The notes under the pieces were generated by a model, which was not told the DNA's origin, made no database searches, and worked only from the letters and a program-made list of their open reading frames with translations. From Candidatus Melainabacteria bacterium 17Bon1m (GTDB taxonomy: Bacteria; Cyanobacteriota; Vampirovibrionia; Obscuribacterales; Obscuribacteraceae), in contig JAVLKG010000001.1 in assembly GCA_032128875.1 (NCBI GenBank), forward strand, positions 224,001 to 288,000: 64,000 nt of DNA, read 5' to 3'. Within the stretch, counting starts at the first letter, position 1; every line of letters starts with the position of its first letter. Made by a program: the position numbers and the translations under genes. Of this stretch, positions 57,011 through 64,000 are shown one piece after another.

Positions 57011-58042
57011 ATGAAAGCAGCTGTCATTCGAAGCTTCGGCGGTCCTGAGGTCTTCTCGGTCGAGGAGATGCCGACACCCGTCGCAGGTCCTGGTCAGGTG
57101 TTGGTGAAGGTGCACGGCGTCTTGGTCAATCGCCTCGACCACTATATCCGCAACGGCGACATCACCCAGTCGCTGCCTTTTCCGCATGTACTCGGTCTTG
57201 ACGCTGTTGGCGAAATCGCCGTCTTGGGCGAGGGAGTCACGAAGTTTCGTATGGGCGATCGCGTCATCACTGCTCCAGGTTATCCAGCGGACCCGAAAGA
57301 ATACAGCTTCCGACCCATGACTCTCGCGCCAAGTTATTCCATGCGAGGGTTGCAGCTGCCCGGCACATATGCGCAATATGTTGCAGTGCCTCAGGAATTC
57401 GTCATTCCCGATAGGACGGGGCTTGCGACCGAGATAGTTGCGGCACTGCCCGTGCCGCTGATGACGGCGGTCAACGCCGTGCAAAAGGTCGGCGGCGTGA
57501 AGTCGGGAGACTTTGTTCTAATCCACGCGGGCGGCTCGTTGACAGGTTATATGGGCATCCAGGTTGCGAAGGCCCTGGGCGCACGCGTTGCTGCTACTGC
57601 GCGAAGCATTGAAGCGCGGGAGATGGCTGGAGCCGCGGGGGCAGAGCTGGTCGTTAATGTCAGCGATGCCGATTTCAACGATTGGATTTTGAAATGGACG
57701 GATGGTCGCGGCGTTGATGTGGCGGTTGATAGTCTTGGCGGAGACACTTTCGAGAAAACAATCAACGCCGTGAAAAAAGCCGGAGTCATTGTGGCGATGG
57801 GCTTTATGTCCGGCTCCGAAGTGAAGTTCGACATCAGAAGTCTGTTTTTCCAAGAGAAACAGATCCGCGGCTCGCTCACCGCGGACATTGAAGATCTCGC
57901 ACCATGGCTTGATCTTGTTCGCAAGGAAGTCATCAAACCTAAAATCGACTGCACGCTCCCATTGAGTGAAGCTGCAAAAGCGCACGAATTAGTTTCACAA
58001 AACAAAGCCAAGGGTGCTGTAGTCCTTTTGCCCTGGGCGTGA
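57011..58042 (+). CDS. MDR-family (quinone oxidoreductase-like) NAD(P)-dependent dehydrogenase
   Basis: MKAAVIRSFGGPEV, PHVLGLD, GTYAQYV, GRGVDVAVD. Confidence 0.9.
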   Translation: MKAAVIRSFGGPEVFSVEEMPTPVAGPGQVLVKVHGVLVNRLDHYIRNGDITQSLPFPHVLGLDAVGEIAVLGEGVTKFRMGDRVITAPGYPADPKEYSFRPMTLAPSYSMRGLQLPGTYAQYVAVPQEFVIPDRTGLATEIVAALPVPLMTAVNAVQKVGGVKSGDFVLIHAGGSLTGYMGIQVAKALGARVAATARSIEAREMAGAAGAELVVNVSDADFNDWILKWTDGRGVDVAVDSLGGDTFEKTINAVKKAGVIVAMGFMSGSEVKFDIRSLFFQEKQIRGSLTADIEDLAPWLDLVRKEVIKPKIDCTLPLSEAAKAHELVSQNKAKGAVVLLPWA

Positions 58043-58088
58043 TCAAAAGCGTTCTTGGCGGGCACCAGAACGTGCGGAAACACTATAG

Positions 58089-59657
58089 ATGCATCAGGTA
58101 GAGATCTTAGCCATACTGTTAGCGGTTGTGGGCGCAGTGGGCGTCGTCGCAGATCAGTTTCGCGCGCCTTTGCCCATAATGCTCATTTTCTCCGGCGTGT
58201 TGATCTCGCTTGTGCCTTATGTCCCGCCGATGCATCTAGATCCTGAGGTGGTCTTCTTCATCGTCCTGCCACCACTGTTGTACATGGACTCTTTTCAGAC
58301 ACCATGGAAAAAGCTAAGGGACGTCGGCGATTTGATTTCAATGCAGGCAGTTGGATTAGTCATTGCCACTATATTCGGTGTCGCTGCCGCTATACGACTG
58401 GTCGTCCCGCAGATGCCGTGGGCTGTTGCGCTTGCGTTGGGCGCAATCGTTTCTCCCACTGACGCCGTGGCTGTCTCTGCCATGGCGAGAGGGACGCATA
58501 TCCCCCGCAGAACGATGGATATTATAAAAGGCGAGAGCCTTGTCAATGATGCAACCGGCTTGGTTGGATTTCAGTATGCGGTTGCAGCCGCGGTGACTGG
58601 CACTTTCTCGCTGGTTAATGCGAGCGAGACTTTTCTCTATCTTTCCATTGGCGGAGTTGCTGTAGGACTTGTGCTTGGTGGCGTTCTCAGCAAAATCAGA
58701 ACCGACCTCAGCCACCGACCTGCAGAAATCATCGCGTCTTTGCTGTCACCATTTGTGGTGTATCTTGCCGCAGAGCATTTGAATGTATCCGGCATTCTTG
58801 CCGTGGTAACCGCGGGGTTGTTTCTGGGGATGCGCAGTCCCAAAATGCTCTCATCGCCCGCGCGCGTTCAAGCTATGGCAAATTGGGAAACCATCACCTA
58901 CATATTGAATGGTTTGACATTTTTGCTGATTGGCTTGCAGGTTCGACCAATCATGGAAAAGGTTTTGACTACGCCTTCGATGCATCTTTTCCTCTGCTCG
59001 CTCGTCGTGATTGTCAGTTTGTTTTTGATTAGATTTGTTTGGACGTTCGCGACTGTCTTGCTGTTTAAAACATTCACGGGCCATGGTGCTCCCGATTTCA
59101 AACACCTCTTCATCTTTTCGTGGTGCGGAATGCGCGGGGTGGTTTCACTTGCTGCTGCGCTTTCCTTGCCATTCAAACTCCAAGACGGGCAGCCGCTTCC
59201 CTTCAGAGATCTGCTGATTTTCATTACGATCGTTGTGATTGCTTTTTCATTGTTTGTGCAGGGTGGAACATTGCCCGCGCTTCTGCGCCGATTTGGTTTT
59301 TCCAATGAAGACGATAACAGTGACGAGGTTGAGCGAAAAATCAGATTGAAACTTTCACGTGAAGCATTGAGAGCTCTTGATGAAGAGGCGACTCGCTCAG
59401 GTATTGATAGAACCGATCCGATTTTTCAGGAAGTTATCAACTCTTATGTGCTGACCGCGACTTCAAACATGCAAGCGCGCGATGCTGAGCAAACTGAGTT
59501 GGCGCAAAAACTGGAAGGTATCGCTATAAAGTCCCAACGCGATTTGCTGATTCGTTTGCGCGAACACCACGATGTTGATGAAGCAGTGTTTCAGTCATTG
59601 CAGCGCGAGCTGGACCTCGCCGATATTCAACGCCTGCCGACCGAGCGCCGGTCGTAG
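58089..59657 (+). CDS. Na+/H+ antiporter (CPA1 family)
   Basis: LPPLLY, SPTDAVA, GESLVNDA, GMRGVVSLAAAL. Confidence 0.9.
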   Translation: MHQVEILAILLAVVGAVGVVADQFRAPLPIMLIFSGVLISLVPYVPPMHLDPEVVFFIVLPPLLYMDSFQTPWKKLRDVGDLISMQAVGLVIATIFGVAAAIRLVVPQMPWAVALALGAIVSPTDAVAVSAMARGTHIPRRTMDIIKGESLVNDATGLVGFQYAVAAAVTGTFSLVNASETFLYLSIGGVAVGLVLGGVLSKIRTDLSHRPAEIIASLLSPFVVYLAAEHLNVSGILAVVTAGLFLGMRSPKMLSSPARVQAMANWETITYILNGLTFLLIGLQVRPIMEKVLTTPSMHLFLCSLVVIVSLFLIRFVWTFATVLLFKTFTGHGAPDFKHLFIFSWCGMRGVVSLAAALSLPFKLQDGQPLPFRDLLIFITIVVIAFSLFVQGGTLPALLRRFGFSNEDDNSDEVERKIRLKLSREALRALDEEATRSGIDRTDPIFQEVINSYVLTATSNMQARDAEQTELAQKLEGIAIKSQRDLLIRLREHHDVDEAVFQSLQRELDLADIQRLPTERRS

Positions 59658-59713
59658 CTCAAGTAGGTCATTCTTGCAGAATGAGCACCTAGCATGGTTG
59701 CGTTCGCATTAGA

Positions 59714-60331
59714 TTACTTGCGCAGTTCGAGCCCGTTGAGCGCGAAGTCAAAATACCCTTGTAAGTGTTTCTTCAACTCACCTTTGGGTCTTCCCGTGCG
59801 AACCCAATGATATTGTTCGCACAAAATCGCCAAGTCCAAAAGATGAGCAATCCTGCAGCGGTCGATGTCTTTTCGGTAAACGCCGGTTTCCTGCCCTCGC
59901 TGAATGATGTAGTCGAGGCAGATGGTCATCGGCTCCGGTTTGCACGCGGACACGCTTTCGCGTTCCATTAAAGGACTAAAGCGCTGATTGCAAAATACAT
60001 CCAACAAACGGAAGTTTTTCTCAGTCCACTCGGCGACGTCTACGCAGAGTTTTTCAATCATCTCGTTGACGGGTAGTTGCTGGGCCCGCAGGCTCTCGAC
60101 ATAGGCGAGGGCTTCTTCGGTGCCTTTGCGTTTTATCTCGAGCGCGATCTCCTCCTTCGACTTGAAATATGAGTAGAAGGTCACTTTGGCGACGTCAGCT
60201 TCAAGCACTATGTCGTCGATTGTTGTGCCTGAATAGCCATGTTTCGTAAAAAGAAGCGTCGCCGCATCAATTAATGTCTGGCGCCTGTGCTCTTTCTTGC
60301 GATCTTTTCGTGATAATTCAGTGCTATTCAT
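59714..60331 (-). CDS. TetR/AcrR family regulator
   Basis: N-terminal HTH: LF..HGYSGTTIDDI...VAKVTFYSYFKSKE. Confidence 0.9.
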   Translation of the reverse strand: MNSTELSRKDRKKEHRRQTLIDAATLLFTKHGYSGTTIDDIVLEADVAKVTFYSYFKSKEEIALEIKRKGTEEALAYVESLRAQQLPVNEMIEKLCVDVAEWTEKNFRLLDVFCNQRFSPLMERESVSACKPEPMTICLDYIIQRGQETGVYRKDIDRCRIAHLLDLAILCEQYHWVRTGRPKGELKKHLQGYFDFALNGLELRK

Positions 60332-60353
60332 TTGACAAGCATAACACGGTATG

Positions 60354-60376
60354 AAAACATACTAGAGTATGGTTTT
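60354..60376. promoter_or_regulatory. Putative TetR operator palindrome
   Basis: AAAACATACT-AG-AGTATGGTTTT between the divergent tetR and efflux genes. Confidence 0.6.
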
Positions 60377-60433
60377 TTAATCTTGGTGAAGGGCAGACCT
60401 TTGCTCTTCAATAATTAGTCCTTTCTGGTAACC

Positions 60434-61693
60434 ATGGCATCCCAGTTCAAATTATTACCAATATTCCTTTTTATATGCTTTGCCGCGTTTTTCTGCACGG
60501 CTTGCAACGAAACGCCCAAGCAGATGGGAATGCCGCCGGCGATGGTGGCGATAGAACCTGTGCGCGTTGGACCATTCAAAGAAAAGTCCGACTATCTCGC
60601 CAATTTGAAATCGCGCAAATCCATCACGCTTTCACCCAACGTGGAAGGGCACATCGAAAGCATCGAAGTGACCGCCGGTCAGGTTGTTGCGGCGGGCACT
60701 CGCATCATGCAGATTGATTCGCGAATGCAAACCGCACAGACCCATGCTGTCGCTTCTGCTGCAGACTCGGTCAATTCCGACCTCGCCAATGCCCAAGCCA
60801 CGCTACGCTCGCTCCAGAACACGTTGTTGAGCAAGCAGGCGAATGTCGATTACACTCGTTCGCAACACAAAAGATATGGCACCCTGCAAACGGAAGGTGC
60901 TGTTTCGCAAGCGGAGTTAGACGCCTGGAGCAACAATTACAAAGCCGCTGTTGCCGAAAGAGATGCTGTCCAACAGCAGATTGAAGCGCAGAAGATGACG
61001 GTTCAAAAATACGAGCGCAGTCACAATCAAGCTGTCTCTAACCTGCAAGCGCAGAAAGAAAATCTCAAGTACTACAATATCGTCGCTCCGTTTAGCGGCA
61101 CTATTGGCGACATTCCAGTGAAGTTGGGCGACCGGGTCACGTCGGACACAGCGTTGACGACGCTGACTGAAAATCATCCGCTCGAAGTGTACATCTCGAT
61201 TCCAGCAGAAAAGGCCAGCCTCATGCAGAAAGGCATGAAGGTTCAACTTGTGAGCACTGATGGTGTCGATTACGGAAGCAGCGAGCTGATTTTTATCTCA
61301 CCGACCGTGGACCCGAATAGTCAGACTGTTCTTATCAAAACGCTCTATCCGAATACGAAGAGCATGCTGCGCGCGGATCAAACTGTGCGGGCGCAGGTTT
61401 TGTGGAAAACGCGCGAAGGCATTTCGGTTCCGACTTCTGCGGTTATGCAGGCGGCAGGAAAATATTTTGTCTTCACCGCTGTGGAAACCGCCGGCAAGCT
61501 CAGCGCCAAGCAGGTCGAGATTGAAGTTATTGGCATCGAGGGCGATGCGTATCAGGTTAAAAGCGGTTTGAAGAAGACCGACAAGATAGTGACGACCGGC
61601 ATTCAGCGACTTGCTGACGGCGCACCGATTATGGAAAAACCATCTGGTGTGAAACCCGACAGCACGGCGCAAACCACTCAGAGCATTCATTAG
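60434..61693 (+). CDS. RND efflux periplasmic adaptor (MFP)
   Basis: Lipoprotein-like signal; V.G.I...V.AG, IVAPFSGTIG, SPTVDP, VPTSAV. Confidence 0.9.
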   Translation: MASQFKLLPIFLFICFAAFFCTACNETPKQMGMPPAMVAIEPVRVGPFKEKSDYLANLKSRKSITLSPNVEGHIESIEVTAGQVVAAGTRIMQIDSRMQTAQTHAVASAADSVNSDLANAQATLRSLQNTLLSKQANVDYTRSQHKRYGTLQTEGAVSQAELDAWSNNYKAAVAERDAVQQQIEAQKMTVQKYERSHNQAVSNLQAQKENLKYYNIVAPFSGTIGDIPVKLGDRVTSDTALTTLTENHPLEVYISIPAEKASLMQKGMKVQLVSTDGVDYGSSELIFISPTVDPNSQTVLIKTLYPNTKSMLRADQTVRAQVLWKTREGISVPTSAVMQAAGKYFVFTAVETAGKLSAKQVEIEVIGIEGDAYQVKSGLKKTDKIVTTGIQRLADGAPIMEKPSGVKPDSTAQTTQSIH

Positions 61694-61717
61694 CGCTGAG
61701 TTTTCGAGGAAACCAAC

Positions 61718-64000
61718 ATGTTCGTCAACTTTTTCATCAGCCGCCCGATTTTTGCTTCAGTTTGCTCGCTGGTGATTGTAATCGCGGGTTTGGTGTCTAT
61801 TCCCAACCTTCCGATTGCGCAATTCCCAGACATTGTTCCGCCGCAAATCAAAGTTACATCCGCGTACACTGGCGCCAGCGCCAGTGCGGTAGAAGCATCT
61901 GTCACCAACATTCTCGAACAACAAATAAACGGTGTTCGCGGAATGAAGTATCTGACGTCCAGCAGCGGCAACGACGGGACGAGCACCATCAACGTCACCT
62001 TCGACCTCGAGCGTGATATCGATGCTGCGGCAGTCGACGTGCAGAATCGCGTCGGCTCTGTTCAGGGGCGCTTGCCTGACGAGGTCAAAAAGACCGGCGT
62101 CACTGTTGATAAAGTTTCAACCACAATTATCTTCGCGGCTGCGCTCTCGTCTGACCGGCATGACGCGCTCTATTTGAGCAATTACGCAGACTTGTATATC
62201 AAGGATGCTTTGAAACGCGTCAAGGGTGTGGGCGATGTCACCATATTTGGTGAGCGCAAATACTCGATGCGTATTTGGTTAGACCCGACTAAGCTGAACA
62301 ATCGAAAGATAACTACAGCCGACGTAACGCGCGCGCTGCAGAGTCAAAACGTCCAGGTAGCCAGCGGTTCTATCGGTAAGGCGCCTTACCCGAAAGGGCA
62401 ATCTTTTGAAATTAGCACGCGGGTTGTCGGCCGTTTGCGCACGCCTGAAGAGTTCGCAAATATCGTCATCAAAGGTGGTCCTTTCGGCTCCGTCGTCAAA
62501 ATCAAAGACGTCGGGCGGGTTGAGCTAGGCGCGGAAAATTATGGAACATTCTTGCGCTACAAAGGCAAAAACGCCGTCGGTATTGCAATCTATCAATTCC
62601 CTGGCGCCAACGCGCTTGATGTCGCTCGTGACGCGAAAGTAGAACTTGCAAAGCTGACTCAAAACTTGCCGCCGGGTATTCAATGCGAAATAGCGTTCGA
62701 CACGACGCGCGCCGTTGAAGAGTCGATTCACGAGGTGGTTAAAACCCTCGGCGAAGCTATCTTCCTTGTAATTCTCGTCATCTTCCTTTTCTTGCAGAGC
62801 TGGCGGACGACAATCATTCCGGCAATCACAATTCCGGTTTCTTTGGTGGGTACCTTCGCCGTCATGAAGGCGATGGGCTTTTCCATCAACACATTGACGT
62901 TGTTTGGTATCACGCTCGCCACTGGACTAGTGGTTGACGACGCGATCGTTGTCATTGAAAACATCGCGCGCTTGATGGAAGAGAAGAAAATCTCGGCTGT
63001 CGAAGCAGCGCGACAAGGCATGAAAGAAGTCACCGGCGCAGTTATTGCGACGGCACTCGTGCTGGCAGCGGTGTTCATTCCGGTCGCATTTTTCCCGGGC
63101 ACAACCGGTCAGTTGTACAGGCAGTTCGCCTTGACATTGGCAATATCTGTGGCGATCTCGGCTTTTAATGCCTTGACTCTTACGCCTGCTCTTTCGGCGT
63201 TGCTGTTGAAAAACGAGCATGGCCGCTCAAATTGGTTCTTCTCTAAAATCAATTGGTTTCTAGATTCGCTGCGCGACTTTTTCGAGTCGACATTGGGCTT
63301 CTTGCTGAAGTTCAAGCCCGTCGTGGTTGTCGGCTTTATCGCGTCGCTCGCCTTGACCGCATTCTTGTACACCAAGATTCCGACCGGGTTTTTGCCCGAC
63401 GAAGATGTCGGCTATTTCATGATTATCGTGCAGGGACCTGACGGCGTTTCGCTCGACTACACCTCCAATGTTGTGGCAAAAGTCGAAAAAGTCGTGAGCA
63501 CAATCCCGGCAATCAGCGGTGTTTTTGCCGTCGGTGGATTCAGCTTCTCTGGCAATAATTCCAGCAACGCGATTGTATTCTGCACGTTAAAACCCTGGAA
63601 CGAACGGCACAAAGAGCAAGATTCCGCCAATGGCATTATCGCCTCATTGCGCGGACCGCTGTTTGGTATTGACGAGGCATTCTGTATTCCGTTTAACCCA
63701 CCGCCTATTCAAGGCTTGGGCAATTTCGGCGGCTTTGCTTTCGAGTTGGAAAACACCCAGCGCTTGCCCCTCGAAGAGTTTTCCAAAATCTCTGACGGCT
63801 TCCTTGCTGAGGCGCGAAAGAGTCCGCTGCTCACCGGGATTCAGACTACATTCCGGATGAATTCCCCTCAGCTGATAATTGACGTCGACCGCGACAAGGT
63901 TGAATCTCTCGGAATTGACGTCGGTGATATCTTCAACACATTGCAGGTATTCATCGGTTCGCTTTACGTCAATGATTTCGATTATTTGGATCGTTCGTAC
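61718..64000 (+). CDS. RND efflux permease (HAE1/AcrB family), partial
   Basis: MFVNFFISRPIFASV...LPIAQFPDIVPPQ...; GLVVDDAIVVIEN; runs off the window. Confidence 0.9.
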   Translation, partial: MFVNFFISRPIFASVCSLVIVIAGLVSIPNLPIAQFPDIVPPQIKVTSAYTGASASAVEASVTNILEQQINGVRGMKYLTSSSGNDGTSTINVTFDLERDIDAAAVDVQNRVGSVQGRLPDEVKKTGVTVDKVSTTIIFAAALSSDRHDALYLSNYADLYIKDALKRVKGVGDVTIFGERKYSMRIWLDPTKLNNRKITTADVTRALQSQNVQVASGSIGKAPYPKGQSFEISTRVVGRLRTPEEFANIVIKGGPFGSVVKIKDVGRVELGAENYGTFLRYKGKNAVGIAIYQFPGANALDVARDAKVELAKLTQNLPPGIQCEIAFDTTRAVEESIHEVVKTLGEAIFLVILVIFLFLQSWRTTIIPAITIPVSLVGTFAVMKAMGFSINTLTLFGITLATGLVVDDAIVVIENIARLMEEKKISAVEAARQGMKEVTGAVIATALVLAAVFIPVAFFPGTTGQLYRQFALTLAISVAISAFNALTLTPALSALLLKNEHGRSNWFFSKINWFLDSLRDFFESTLGFLLKFKPVVVVGFIASLALTAFLYTKIPTGFLPDEDVGYFMIIVQGPDGVSLDYTSNVVAKVEKVVSTIPAISGVFAVGGFSFSGNNSSNAIVFCTLKPWNERHKEQDSANGIIASLRGPLFGIDEAFCIPFNPPPIQGLGNFGGFAFELENTQRLPLEEFSKISDGFLAEARKSPLLTGIQTTFRMNSPQLIIDVDRDKVESLGIDVGDIFNTLQVFIGSLYVNDFDYLDRSY

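Overview
Bacterial chromosomal window of about 50 mostly accessory genes. The tandem MshEN-like proteins, TPR/TonB-C proteins and GTAG-type REPs suggest a Melainabacteria/Obscuribacterales-like genome, which is inference only. Three loci stand out. (1) At 13045-17196, an AT-richer five-gene cassette looks like an undescribed RiPP pathway. It encodes an EpiD/LanD-type flavin decarboxylase, a 236-aa precursor with an internally duplicated leader ending ...PPIAWSKTTCC, an RRE-radical SAM/SPASM maturase, an LpxL-like acyltransferase and a minimal kinase. (2) At 45144-46788, an 11-tRNA array on the minus strand is preceded by a sigma70 promoter, a 38-aa leader peptide and mutually exclusive antiterminator/terminator hairpins. 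This is apparently a ribosome-dependent attenuator controlling spare tRNAs, and the leader uses all 11 amino acids served by the array. (3) At 826-8963, a bacillithiol-type operon (bshB1, bshA) contains a half-size BshC-like gene and is linked to DUF2911, a secreted LmbE/PIG-L deacetylase and a Na+/solute symporter. The rest includes a TA pair, a pseudo-caspase-TPR with two lipase-DUF4384 paralogs, an NTAQ1-like amidase, a DEAD-box helicase, GlpT, CAT, a P450 and a TetR-RND efflux locus. All family assignments come from motif recognition by eye; no searches were run.
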